DNA of 64,000 nucleotides from Octopus vulgaris (GCA_951406725.2 OX597816.1:10106001-10170000), one strand, 5' to 3'; shown: positions 50,371 through 63,826, counted from the stretch's first letter. Notes: generated by a model not told the origin, from the sequence alone. Made by a program: numbers and translations.

Positions 50371-51246
50371 TTAAAACTCACCATACACTCATCTTCATCA
50401 TTTACGATTCCTGAATCACAGAAGCTCAAAAAACAGACAACAACAATTCACTTACGGTTATTAGTGTTGTTAATTGCACTTGTTGCTTTCCTTTCCTTTT
50501 CCTTCAAGGGGGATGGTCGAGGTGGAAGGGCAGGTATTTTGATTTAAGGTTTCTCACTCAGAAATAATAAATGAAATTTTTGATATACTCAAAATTCTAG
50601 TGGTTTTAAGTATTTTTCGCCCAATCTGTTGAGATAACAGTCAACGACGTTGACTTAACAATATTGGATGAATTTATCAATTGTCATCATATCTCTGGCT
50701 GTATGTATTTGTGTAAATATAAGCATGTTTCTATGTATGTGGGTATGCGTGGTTTCTGTGTGTCTGTGTTTGTGTATGAAAAGTATGTTATGTACATATG
50801 TGTGTGTGTGTGTATATATGTGTGTGTGCATATATGTGTATGTATATATGCATATATATATGTGTGTATATATATATGTGTGTGTATGTGTACGTATATA
50901 TATGTATATATATGTGTGTGTGTGTCTATATATATAAATATATACATATACAGATGTGTATGTATATATATACATATATATGTGTGTATGTATACATATA
51001 TGTATATATGTGTATGTATATACATATATATGTTTATGTATATATACATATGTATGTGTCTGTATTTATATATATATATATACATGTATATTTGTGTGTG
51101 GTGGGTTATGTATATATATGTATATTTGTGTGTGGTGGGTTATGTATATATATGTATATATATGTGTGTGTATGTGTATATATATATATATGTGTGTATG
51201 TGTATATATATATATACATATACGTATATATATATATACATATACG

Positions 51247-51280
<34 letters not shown>

Positions 51281-52182
51281 TGTATATATACATATACATA
51301 CACGTGGTGTATATATTCATACACACACACATACATACCTATATGTAATCATATAATATAAAAGGAATAAAATAAAGTAACTGTAGGCATTTATTAATCT
51401 TAGGAAATATCAGGCCATTCTTGACATTTCTGATTGTTTTCTTGTCAAACTATTGGATTTTGAGGTGGTGTCAGCACATCTCTGATAGAATAATAACCAA
51501 AGATGAATAAATACAAATTAAATGTCTGTATATGTGTGTGTTTTATGTAAAGTATTTGCATTCTACAATTGTGTGTGTATATACACATTATTTTATATAC
51601 TTCTCCTTGTGTGTGTGTGTGTTGTTCTGACATATGTTGTCTCTTTGTTTTTTTTTTCTTTGTTTTTGTAGTGTATGTATGTTAAAGAAAATGGGGTTAT
51701 CAGTTTATTGTTTTGCTGTGGTTTAACCTCAAGTTGACCCTGATCCTTGTAGATCTGAGATCTAAGTCATTCCAGCTTTGATTATCTCTTCTCTTATCCT
51801 TCAATCATAATGTATCTAAGACTACATTATCTGCTGTGTCTTTTTTATTAGTTGGTTTGGTTTTTGAAGACAGCCTGTTGTATGACATGAGAAAAATTTG
51901 ACTGCTATTTTCAGCATATTGAATGACCACATTGAGGAATGCATACCCGTGTGTACATACATACATGTACCCTTTCAACTAGATGTCAGATCAGTGTTAG
52001 GTGTCAAAGGTTATCTCAGGGTTATTTGTCAGTTTCACTAAATTATTTTGTGAAAAGATTTTGAATATTGGTAAATGAAGAACCTTGAGATTAGCAGAAT
52101 TTTTAGAAGATGTTTTGTGGTATTTAATTATTATAATTTGTCTTTGTCATCACATTTCATCCTTTTGGGGTCAGTAAAATTA

Positions 52183-52700
52183 TCATCATCATTTAATGTC
52201 CGTTTTCCATCCTTGCATGGGTTGGATGGTTTGACTGGAGCTATCAAGCCACAGAGCTGCACCTGGCCACAGTTGTCATTTTTTGCATGGGTTCTATGGC
52301 CAGATGCCCTTCCTAATGCCAACCACTTGATCGAATGTACTAGGTGCTTTTCAAGTGGCACCAGTACTTTTATGTGGCACCAGCATGGGTCAGAGCAGCC
52401 AACTGGCTTCCGTGCCAGTGGGCATGTAAAAAGGGCACCATTCGAGCATGATCGTTACCAAAATAAAAGAATTCGAGCGAAGTCGTTGACAGTACCGTCT
52501 GACTGGCCCTGTGCCGGTGGCTCGTAAAAGCACCCACTACATTCCCGGAGTGGTTGGCGTTAGGAAGGACATCCAGCTGTAGAAACTCTGCCAAATCAAG
52601 ACTGGAGCCTGGTGCAGCCATCTGGTTTGCCAGCCCTCAGTCAAAATCGTCCAACCCATGCTATCATGAAAGCGGACATTTAACGATGATGATGATGATA
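52183..52700. mobile_element. Back-to-back RTE-type 3' ends (52183-~52385 minus; ~52385-52700 plus)
   Basis: Tails point outward on both sides. Confidence 0.75.
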
Positions 52701-53413
52701 TGCACACACACACACACATATATATATACATATATATATATAAAAGATTATTATTTATTCCCATCTGGGTTATGAAAGGTCTTTGTATATTTTTGTTGGT
52801 CATAATTATTCATACCAGTATGTAACTCCTAATGAAGAATCTAATTTTTATTTCATGAAGAGTTTTTCGTTTTTGTCTTAGACTCTGAAGCAATTTGTAG
52901 AATGTATATTGGTTCTGTACCAACTTGGATTATGAATTAAAGTTCGTCTACACATACAATTTTTCCTTTCCTTTTACTTCATTTATATATATATATGACA
53001 GGCTTCTTTCAGTTTCCATCTACCAAATCGACTCACAAGGCTTTGGTTGGCCAGAGGCTATAGCAGAAGACAGTTGCTCAAGTTACCATGCAGTGGAACT
53101 GAACCCAGAACCATGTGGTTGGGAAGCGAGCTTCTTACTACACAGCCACGCCTGTGTCTCTACATGATACCAGCACAAGTGCTTTTACATGGCACCAGCA
53201 CTGGAAAATGTAAGCATCAAATACTGGGCCCAATATAATCAATTATATCTCCTCCCCACCTCCAAATTTGAGGCCTTGCATCTTAGTTAGGAATGAATAT
53301 TGGTAAGATGAAGAATAAACTTCTCTTGGCAAAAGTGCTACAGATGAGAGACATCAAGAAATTATTTTAGAGAAAATGCAGAAAATGTCTTATGAGAAAT
53401 AAAGACTTTTGAT

Positions 53414-53805
53414 AGGCACAGGAGTGGCTGTGTGGTAAGTAGCTTGCTAACCAACCACATGGTTCAGGGTTCAGTCCCACTGCATGGCATCTTGGGCAAG
53501 TGTCTTCTGCTAAAGCCCCGGGCCGACCAAAGCCTTGTGAGTGGATTTGGTAGACGGAAACTGAAAGAAGCCTGTCATATATATGTATGTGTATGTTTGT
53601 GTGTCTGTGTTTGTCCTCCTAGCATTGCTTGACAACTGATGCTGGTGTGTTTATGTCCCCGTTACTTAGCAGTTCGGCAAAAGAGACCGATAGAATAAGT
53701 ACTGGGCTTACAAAGAATAAGTCCCGGGGTCGATTTGCTCGACTAAAGGCGGTGCTCCAGCATGGCCGCAGTCAAAATGACTGAAACAAGTAAAAGAGAG
53801 AGAGA
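53414..53805 (+). mobile_element. SINE family A, full length
   Basis: Complete head-to-tail match to 18597-19025. Confidence 0.88.
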
Positions 53806-53986
53806 GACTTTAAGACTAGGAAAATTGGATTTATCCTTTTTATTTCCCTTTTCCTGGTTCCAGTAATTGGACTGTTGCCATGCTGGAGCATTACCATTGT
53901 ATCTTTAACAGTGATTTGAAACCGAACCACTTGGTAGCCAAGCAAACATTATGATCAGACCACAGCAATTCCATGTGTTGGGTTTA

Positions 53987-54456
53987 TTAACCCCCTCATT
54001 ACCAACCCGGCTGAAACCACCTCTGGCTCTGTAGTACAAATGTCTTGTTTTCATACGTTTTGAATTAAAATTTTCCACCAAACCTTAGTCACAATTTATG
54101 TTCCTAACACTAACTCAATGATAACGAAGTTATTTTACTAAATTCTTTGTTATATTTAAAATTAATTGAAAGAAACACAGAACATCTCAATAGAAATATG
54201 GTAACAAAAGGGTTAAAGTCACCATGATATTTTAAACTCTTTTGATACCAACCCTGCTGAAACCACCTTTCTGCCTCTCTAGTACAAATGTCTTGTTTTC
54301 ATGAGTTTTGAATTAAAATCTTCCATCCAATCTTAGTCACAATTTATGTTCCTAACACTAGCTTAACGATAACTAAGTTATTTTACTAAATTATATTTAA
54401 AGTAACTGAGAGAAAAACTGAGCATTTCAAAATAAATACAGTAACGAAAGGGTTAA
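53987..54456 (-). mobile_element. Dimer of TTAA/piggyBac-type MITE
   Basis: Units 53987-54216 and 54232-54456; reverse complement of the 45664-46139 arrangement, including the spacer. Confidence 0.85.
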
Positions 54457-54796
54457 GCAACCAATGAGTGTGATTCAGTTTACTAGAATTTTCTCCTTGT
54501 GCCCTATATAAAGGCAGTTTTTGGTAGTAATCATAGAATATTAAGGCAGCTGCATGTTGTCTTCTTTCTTGTCACAACCTGCTGATTAAGACATTTAGCA
54601 GATCCTAGATAGGAATATTCATTGCCATGAATACAGTGTGTTTATTTTCCAGTTGTGATGGCCCAGCCACAAATTGCTGTATCAGTTAACTCGTAAATCC
54701 CAAGCAGTATGTCTCCCCCGGTATGTAATTATTGCTGTTAGTATTAGTTAAAGATCAACAAAGAAAACTCTATAGTAGTAATAAAATCTATTAATC

Positions 54797-55394
54797 TATT
54801 TCTTTACTACCCACAAGGGGCTAAACACAGAGGGGACAAACACGGATAGACAAACGGATTAAGTTGATTACATCGACCCCAGTGCGTAACTGGTACTTAA
54901 TTTATCAACCCCGAAAGGATGAAAGGCACAGTCGACCTCGGCAGGATCTGAACTCAGAACGTAGCGGCAGACGAAATACCTATTTCTTTACTACCCACAA
55001 GGGGCTAAACACAGACAGGACAAACAATGACAGACAAACAGATTAAGTCGATTACATCGACTCCAGTGTGTAACTGGTACTTAATTTATCGACCCTGAAA
55101 GGATGAAAGGCAAAGACGACCTCGGCGGAATTTAAACTCAGAACGTAGCAGCAGACGAAATACTTATTTCTTTACTACCCACAAGGGGCTAAACACAGAG
55201 GGGACAAACAAGGACAGACAAACGGATTAAGTTGATTATATCGACTCCAGTGTGTAAGTGGTACTTAATTTATCGACCCCGAAAGGATGAAAGGTAAAGT
55301 TGGCCTCGGCGGAATTTGAACTCAGAACGTAACGGCAGACAAGATACGACTACGCATTTCACCCGGTGTGCTAACATTTCTGCCAGCTTGCCGC
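54797..55394 (-). mobile_element. SINE family B trimer with perfect 20-bp TSD
   Basis: AGTAATAAAATCTATTAATC at 54777-54796 and 55395-55414; three ~184-bp units, only the first with the full head. Confidence 0.9.
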
Positions 55395-55659
55395 AGTAAT
55401 AAAATCTATTAATCGTTTGTGGATGGTGTCAGTCACTTCTTCAGGCAACCCAAGAAACACATTTTCATTCACTGACACAACAACAACCACAACACACACA
55501 CCTCACGACAGGTGTTTTTAGTTGGTTACAGTGACCTTAGTACTTATTCTAGGCTGATACATATTTTATCACTGACAACTTTACTGGTTGGCTAAGTTGC
55601 TACATTGACTCAACACTAGTTTTATTTTAATGAGCCACGTTTCATCAAAGACATAAATT

Positions 55660-55845
55660 TGAGCTGGCAGAAATGTTAACACGCCGGGCAAGTGCTTAGT
55701 GGTATTTCATCTGTCTTTATGTTCTGAGTTCAAATTCCACCAAGGTTGACTTTGCCTTTCATCCTTTTGCGGTCAATAAATCAAGTACCAGTTGTGTACT
55801 GGGGTCGATCTAAAATTTTGGGCCTTGTGCCTAGACTAGAAAAGA
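55660..55845 (+). mobile_element. SINE family B monomer with alternative tail
   Basis: Ends ...GGGCCTTGTGCCTAGACTAGAAAAG like the last unit of 35219-35850; flanked by AAAGACATAAATT repeats. Confidence 0.8.
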
Positions 55846-56282
55846 CATAAATTCATGTAGAGACACAGACAAACTAATGTATATAGGTGTATACAACGTA
55901 AATTTGAGGAAAATGTATCAATGTATTAAGACAAGCAATTGACTAACTCCTGAAAGTGGTTGACATTAGGAAGGGCATCCAGCTGTAGAAATTTTGTCGA
56001 AACAGACACTGGAATTTAGTACAGCTCTCTTGCTTGTCAGTTCTTGTTGAACTGTGCAACCCATGCCAGGATGGAACAAGGTACATTACAGAATGATATC
56101 ACAAATACATATGACATACATTCGTACACAAAAGTGTACTCAAAACCATTCGCTCATATCTAAATAAATTTATAGCATCTCACATAAATTTAAATTTGTT
56201 TGAGTCTCCTCCAATAATTTTTAAAAGTTATTAATATGTTATGGTTGCAGTTCATTAATAATTCATTTTTCTTATATATGCA

Positions 56283-56590
56283 CATGGTTTAGTGGTTGGT
56301 GGTATTCACTCATGATTATAAGGTCATGGGTTTGATTCTCATTGTGTCCTTGAGCAAGACACTTTACTCCACGTTGCTCCAGTCCCCTCAGCTGGCAAAA
56401 GTGAGTTCTACCTGTGTTTCAAAGGATCAGCCTTGTCACACTCCATGTCATGCTGAATCTCCCCAAGAACTACGTTAAAGGCACACATGTCTGTGGAGTG
56501 CTCAGCCACTTGCACGTTAATTTCACGAGCATACTGTTCTGTTGATCAGCTCAACTGTAACCCTCATAGTCATAACCGACACAGTACCAT
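56283..56590 (+). mobile_element. CORE-like SINE (head 2 + tail X)
   Basis: Matches 39735-40030. Confidence 0.75.
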
Positions 56591-57449
56591 AGTAAGTTAG
56601 ATTTTGCCAGTAACATTGGCTTCAAATTTTGGCACAAGGCCAGCAAGTTCAAAGAAGGGAGTAAGTCTATTACATTGACCCTAATACTCAACTGGTACTT
56701 ATTTCATTGATCCTGAAAGAGTAAAATGCAAAGTCAGTCTTGGACGAAACACAGCTAAGCATATTGCCCAACATGTCAAGGATTCTGCCAGCTTGCTGCC
56801 TTGATTTTGCTAGTAATATTTCCAGTCCCTTGCATGAACACAATCAGCACAGATGTCTTTTGCTCCTGTATTGTTTTCCAGAGTGTGAAATGCTTCAGTC
56901 AGCTTTAAAATGGATAGTCTTGGACATAAGCTTCCATACATATTTTGAAAGAGATGTTGAGTGTTTTAATTTATGCTGAAAAAATGAGTGTTTTTGCTAT
57001 GAATACGTAGTTAAAAAAAATTGAAATGCTACATACTGTATGGCTAGTAACATTGTATCTATAAATGACATTTTTTCTAAGGTAGTACCCCCTAATTGGA
57101 CATTGTTAATAATTATACAATTATATCTATTCATACTGTTACTACTATTTTTTGCTTGTTATATGGTGGAATTTAAACTCAGAACAGATACAAGAGACCC
57201 TACCTCATTCTTAAACATTTTTACCAATCTACTATTTTGGACTAGTACTCTTTTGTTGGACCCCAGAAGGATGAAATATAAAGTTGGTCTCTAGGTTTTG
57301 AACCCAAGGCACAGAAAACTGAAATAAAACTGCAAAATATTCTATCAGATGCTCTAATTATTCTGCCAATTCACTTTGTTGTTGTTGTACCAACATCACG
57401 GTATTGACCAGAACATCAGATGCTGTTAGACACCACTGGTCACAATGGG

Positions 57450-57650
57450 CTTCCAATTCTCTCTTGATTGTGCCATTCTTTTCCATCTCAACCCAAATTA
57501 CTTAACTATATCATCTTCCCATCATTGTGGAGGCCTTCCACGTGGCTTTTCTGATCTCTCAGATACCACTCGGTCACTACACAGGTCCACCTGTTGTCTG
57601 TGAACCTTGTGACATGTCCAGCCCAGTGGAACTTGTGCTTTGTGTACCTA
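57450..57650 (-). mobile_element. Fragment of a further RTE-clade LINE
   Basis: KHKFHWAGHVTRFTDNRWTCVVTEW matches the RTE C-terminal WAGHV..R..D.RW motif. Confidence 0.7.
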
Positions 57651-57968
57651 CCTTGAAATGAATGTTTTCTGAACCTACATAGAGATAAATAGACTCTACT
57701 ATTGCCTTTCACACAAAGGGACAATGCAGGGGCAACTGCCCTGAAAGATCTTTAGTTGAATGAACCAAACCCACTACTACCTACTTTTTTTTCTTTTAAG
57801 CCTGGGACTTTTCTCTGTCAGTCTATTTTGCTAAACTGCTAAGTTATGGGGACATAAACACACCAACACCAGTTGTTGCTCTGCTGCACGAGTTTTCACT
57901 TTGCGAGCGGTCTCCGGGAGCAGATTTGCTCGTGTATCAGAGCATCACTGTATATATATGCATATGTG

Positions 57969-58008
<40 letters not shown>

Positions 58009-58122
58009 TTTCTATATATATATAGTAAGTACGTTTATGGACGAGTGCCCCATGTATGTATGTTTGAACTCAGAACATAATGTATACTTATATATATATA
58101 TATTTGTGTGCGTGTGTGTATG

Positions 58123-58415
58123 TGGAGGTACATGGCCTAGTGGTTAGAGCAGTGGACTCGCAGTTGAGGGATCGCGGGTTCGAATCTCAGACCGGGCGAT
58201 GTGTGTGTTTATGAGCCCAAGCTCCACGCAGCTCCGGCAGAAGGTAATGGCGAATTTCTGCTGACTCTTTCGCCACGACTTTCTCTCACTCTTTCCTCCT
58301 GCATCTTGTAGCTCACCTGTGACAGACTGGTGTCCCGTCCAAGTAGTGAACCTATACACTAAGGAAACCGTGTAACCGGCCCTTATGAGCCAGGCATGGC
58401 TCGAGAAGGAACAAA
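58123..58415 (+). mobile_element. tRNA-derived SINE (head 1 + tail Y), nested in a family A copy
   Basis: TGGCCTAGTGG A box, GGTTCGAATC B box; body as in 3390-3770 but a different tail. Confidence 0.8.
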
Positions 58416-58879
58416 CAAGTTGTCAAGCAGTGGTAGAGGACAAACACATTCATAAAGACACACACAGACACACACACATGATGGGCTTCTTTCAGTTTCC
58501 ATCTACCAAATCCACTGACAAGGCTTTGGTTGGCCCCAGGTGATAATGGAACCTGGGATCGAACTCAGAACCATGTGCCTTCAAAGCAAGCTTCTTACCA
58601 CACAGCCAGCATGATCGCTATTAATTTTATTAAACAAGATTTTTATACTCTTTCAATAGAAAAAGAAACATTAATTTTAAAGAAACGAGAAAATGTCTTG
58701 CACAGTTTTAATCTTCCAATGATCTATAACATTCGGTGGATTATGTCAGAATTATCAAATATTCAGTGGAAATTTTATTGTCAGCTTTTAATATTGTAAA
58801 ACCATTCTGTCATTGCTGGCAACACATTCCAGTCTTGGAAACCAGGCAAGGAATCTCTTTCTCTTTAAATGACTATAAT

Positions 58880-59320
58880 TTCCCCTTCTTTTTTTTTTTG
58901 GTCTTCCTTTATTTGTTGGTTTTTTCTTTTTCTTTCTTCCTTCCTTTTTCTTACTTTTTTCTTTTTCCTTTCATCCTCTTTCCTTTCTTCCTTTTTTCTT
59001 TCATTCCTTCGTTTTTGTTTTCTTCTTTCTTTCTTCCTTCCTTTTTCTTACTTCTTTCCTTTCTTTGTTCATTTCTTTCTTTCATCCTTCTTTCCTTTCT
59101 TCCTTTTTTGCCTTTCTTTCATTCCTTCTTTCTTCCTTCTTTTTCGCTTTCTTATTTCCTTGCTTGCTTTCTTTGTTTCTTCCTTTCTATTTCTTTTTCA
59201 TTCCCATTCGTCCATTTCCTTCCTCTCTGTCCAATCTCCTTTCTTTCTCTCTCTCTCTTATTTCTTTCTTTCCTTCTACTCCTCTCTCTCTCTCTCTCTC
59301 TCTTCCTTTCCTTTCTTTCC
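58880..59320. repeat. Polypyrimidine low-complexity tract
   Basis: Directly visible; source of the F/S/L-rich ORFs. Confidence 0.9.
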
Positions 59321-60380
59321 CTGAAATCTTTGATAAACATCAAAGTTTGTTTAATGACAATCAGACTGGATATCGTCTGTAACTAAATAGCAGACCAAAG
59401 AATGCAACGCCTTACCAAAGCCGAAAGTTTATCACCTTGCAGTTGATGTTTATTCAGATAGGAATCATTACAAAGTTTCTTCAAGTAGTTCTTTGTCTCT
59501 GTTTTTATAAATTTCTGTCTTTAAAAACTAATTAATATTGTTTATATTTTGATTTCTTTAATTATTCTTCTACAAGTGTATTTTTGCCATAAAAAATAAT
59601 GACCATTTCGATTCAGATTCTTTAGTGTTAAGCACAATCTTGGAGACAAAGTACCTGAATCAAAAGAATAATCATCATCATGGTCGACGTCATCATCATC
59701 CTCTCGTCATCATCATCATCATCATCATTTTAACATCCATTTTTCCTTAATTGCATGGGTCACACAGAATTTGCTGAGGCAGATTTTATGCTGGATAATC
59801 TTCCTGTCGCTAATTCTCACCTGTTTCCAAACAAACTAATATTTACCCTTGGCCAGACATGTTTTCATGGCAGATTGGAACGAATGACACTGCTTGTATG
59901 ACAGGGATGCTCGTTTTACAACTCTCATGTGATGTCATCATCATTGTTTTATCACTATGTAATGTCCGTTTTCAAGCTGGTATGGGTTGGACATTTTGAC
60001 TGGAGCTGGCAAGTCAGAAGGCTGCATCAGTCTCTGCTGTCCGCTTTGGCATGGTGCCTGTGGCTTGATCCTTTCCTAATGTCAATCACTTTACAGAATG
60101 AGCAGAGGGCTTTTTTATTTGGCACCAAATGACTTACAAGACAAGACCTCTCAACTGAGGGGGGAGTAGTATTGCGCCAGTGATGAGGAGCTAGGATATG
60201 AACAGAGGACCAGAAATCAGTGCCATGCAGGAGAGAAGGTATATACTTACCTCAGTTGGAGAGAGAGAGAAAAGATTGTAAAAATGTGCACATATACCCA
60301 CCTATATACCCATATATATATCATCATCACATTTAGCATCTGCTTTTCATGCTGGCATGGGTTGAACAGTTTGAATTGGA

Positions 60381-61020
60381 TATCATTCCCAGGGCACCTA
60401 TGACAACAGGTATTGTTTTAATCTTCAGGTTCCACATTTTGCTAATTTCTATTTCAAGATGTTTATACTTGCTCAGTTTTTGGTAGGTCTTGACAGATAC
60501 GTTTATATTGATTGGGACAGTCATTTCAATGAAGAGGCATGATTTTTGTCTGAAGTCTTTCAATATAATGTGTAGCCTATTTGCATCTATCTTTCAGACA
60601 GTTTGAATGGTGAAGTTCCAGAGGAGTGAGATGTGACCATTATTATTATTTTATGTTTGACTTTTGCTTTACATTTGTACAAGTTGGCTCCAAGTCTCAC
60701 ACAGTGACCTCAAGAGACAACAAGTTGGAAGTTCGTGTTGGTGTTATGCCTAGGGTGCCATATATTTAGTATTGTACTTAGTGTTGTTCTAGAGAATGTT
60801 TAAGAAACCATAAGAAAATTATTATTATTATTATTATTATTATTACCTTTGCACAGCTTCTAACACTGGAGATGTAATACAGTGTCAGCTTTTCACTACC
60901 AGTGAACTAAGGTTAATACCTCTTATTTTTCGAGCACCTTTCGGAGTATTTGAGCAGTTCCAAGCCGTGCTGTTTTCTGCAAGTACTCCACCGTTATTGC
61001 AGCCCCTCTGTGTTCCACAT
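60381..61020 (-). mobile_element. Stacked fragments of RLE-type (R4/Dong-like) non-LTR elements separated by (TAA)n
   Basis: LLWNFTIQT...IDANR...CLFIEMTVP...KLSKYKHLEIEI...IPVVIGALGMI (60381-60640) and VEYLQKTARLGTAQILRKVLEK* (~60922-61005). Confidence 0.75.
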
Positions 61021-61609
61021 ATTATTATCATCATCATCATCATCATCATTATTACTATTATTATAGTGTTCATACTGTAAACACAATATTTGAAGCACAA
61101 GCAAAACAACATTCTGGTTGTAAAATAGCAATTTGAATTTGATACGCAGGATTCTTTTGACAGCAACATCAATCAACAAGGGCCAAGCATGATCTCATGC
61201 TTAAGAATTAGAACAATTTATTTTAATTTAATTAAAATGCTACATTGACAAATCCTTTTTCTACTCCACTTCCTTCTCATCGTCATCAACATTACCACGC
61301 TTAAATATCGTAATCCCTGCCTTGAAACAATCACTTTCTGCAAGGATTAAGATTTTAGTCTCTCAGTGTTTCTCTGAGATATAGTGGATTAGTAGCATTG
61401 GAAATCTGTATGTGACTAAAGTCTGTCAGTTCCACTGCACTCTGATCATGTATGCATTTATACATACATACATACATACATACACACACACACATATTTA
61501 CACACACACATACTTACACACACACACACACACACATCAACAGTTGCTATGATTGACTGCTGAATCCACAATTTTTTTTAATTCTCTCTCTGTTTATTTC
61601 CTCATGTTC

Positions 61610-61645
61610 CTTTCTGTTGAAGAGCATAGGCTTGAAATGTAAAAG
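61610..61645 (+). ncRNA. Minimal hammerhead-like motif with non-canonical core
   Basis: cttt-CTGTTGA-a-gagc(atag)gctt-GAAA-tg-TA-aaag. Confidence 0.5.
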
Positions 61646-61737
61646 ACTTTCTCACCTTCCCAAGCATCAAATTAATACACCTGGCTGTTGTTTATACACC
61701 TGTCTTCGTCTTTTGCTTTTCTGTAAATTTCAACTAT

Positions 61738-61795
61738 ATAGGTGCAGGAGTGGCTGTGTGGTAAGTAGCTTGCTTACCAACCACATGGTTCCAGG

Positions 61796-61841
<46 letters not shown>

Positions 61842-62009
61842 AATGACGGGCTTCTTTCAGTTTCCGTCTGCCAAATCCACTCACAAGGCTTTGGTCAGCC
61901 CTAGGCTATAGTAGCAGATACTTGCCCAAGGTGCAATGCAGTGGGACTGAACCCAGAACCATGTGGTTAGTAAGCAAGCTACTTACTACACAGCCACTCC
62001 TCTGCCTAT
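61738..62009. mobile_element. Two convergent SINE family A heads joined through (TA)n
   Basis: Plus-strand head 61738-61799; minus-strand copy 61845-62009. Confidence 0.8.
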
Positions 62010-62061
62010 TTGATTTTAATATGTACAATAAATTCTAGTCAATGATTCACTTGTTTTAGAG

Positions 62062-62095
<34 letters not shown>

Positions 62096-63429
62096 GACTG
62101 GTGGATGAGTAAAATCATTAGCACATTGGACAAATTTTCTTGTAGTTCTGCTTCCAGCACTTTATGTTCTGAGTTCAAATCTTGCCAAAGATAATATCTT
62201 GCCTTTCATAGCTGTTAATGGCTTATTTTAGTTGAGGAAGAACTGCTATAGCTCTTTTACAGGGCCTCTATGGCTGGTTGGAGGAAAGCACAAAGTTGTC
62301 AGTGGAATGGTGACCTAGTTTGACTACTTACTACAAAGTAGACCCGAGGGTCAGATTGTGAGGTGTTATAAAGATTGGGAGATGGATTAAGACCTTCACT
62401 CGATAATGGCCTCAGTGAAAGAAATGAATGTCGTATGACCTCTTCTACTCTTGTAAACCAGAGAGGCCTTGTATCTACAGGGAAAAAAAATCAATATCTG
62501 AGTAATATATCACCTCAGATGTGACATGTTATAATTTCTGATTTCAATTACTTTTAATTCGAGATATTCAAAAATATAAACAAATGGAAACAAAAACCTC
62601 CTTTTATTAAAATACAAAATTATATTTCATTTTGGGCAGAAAAAGAAAAGAGCCAACATATTAAAAAAAATATACAGAAATTATTTCCACTGTTTTTTAA
62701 TTTTTTTTTTTTTGTTTTGTTCTTCTTTTTGTTTTGATTGCTGGAAAAATAGACCATTAAAAAAAAATATTTTTTGAGAAATTTTGCAATTTAATTATAA
62801 TTATTACTTTGGTAGCAATTTTTAGACAATGAAGGAAGGATCAAAACAAAATCACTCTACCCATGATTATAGACTGGGTCCGTAGGAAAATTAGAGATTA
62901 AGATTGAATTTTATTGCTCTCATGCTTTCTCCATTGCTTTTAAGCTGTTAAACTTTCGTCATTGTCATCATCATGTTCACTTTTCCATGTTTGTATGTGT
63001 CAGACAGACTTGATTGAGACTCAAGATTTAAACGTGATGATTGGCAATAAGCCACTCAAATGGGTCAAGGCATCTTGGAAGTGCAGTAAACTTTAAGAGT
63101 AGTCTTCATGATGAAATCAATGTTAGAATATTTAAGGCTTTTGCCAAAAAATCCCCCCTCATGCAAGGGATACCAAGACCAACAGCATCAAGAGCAAAAT
63201 TTGATTTAAGAGACTTCTGAATGAAAGAACTTTGAGAATTTATCAAAAAGGCCTGATCAAAGAGTATCCCATGACAAGATTGCATTACCTTACAAAGTCC
63301 ACAAATAATTCTTCAATCCACAAAGAGCTTGGAAAGAGAAGATAATCATGAACCATTTTACAAGAGCAGAAGGTATCTACCTTTCCAAAGAAGCTAATTT
63401 TTTGCAAATTTTCAAGTTTCGTTTTGTAG

Positions 63430-63826
63430 ATTGGCATCCATGCTAGTAGGGTGCCAAGAGCACCATACAAGCATGATCGTTGCCAGAACAGCCAACTGGC
63501 TTCCGTACCCGTGGCACGTAAAAGGGCACCATTCAAGCGTGATCGTTACCAACGTCTCTTCACTGGCACGTGTAAAAAGATTTGAGTGAGGTCATTGCCA
63601 GTACCGCCTGACTGGCCCCCGTGCCGGTGGCACATAAAAAGCACCCACTACACTCTCGGAGTGGTTGGCATTAGGAAGGGCATCCAGCTGTAGAAACTCT
63701 GCCAGATCAAGATTGGAGCCTAGTGTAGCCATCTGGTCTGCCAGCCCTTAGTCAAATCGTCCAACCCATGCTAGCATGGAAAGCGGATGTTAAATAATGA
63801 TGATGATGATGATGATGATGATGATG
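63430..63826 (+). mobile_element. RTE-type LINE 3' end
   Basis: Modules, shared terminus and (ATG)n tail. Confidence 0.82.

Noticed and set aside
58123-58200. Possible tRNA gene (also the heads at ~3700-3770 and 18597-18670)
   Set aside because: A/B boxes are present, but the sequence runs on into a SINE body with no convincing acceptor stem; these are SINE heads.
58736-59386. 216-aa hydrophobic F/S/L ORF resembling a membrane protein
   Set aside because: Low-complexity polypyrimidine tract that lacks stop codons by composition.
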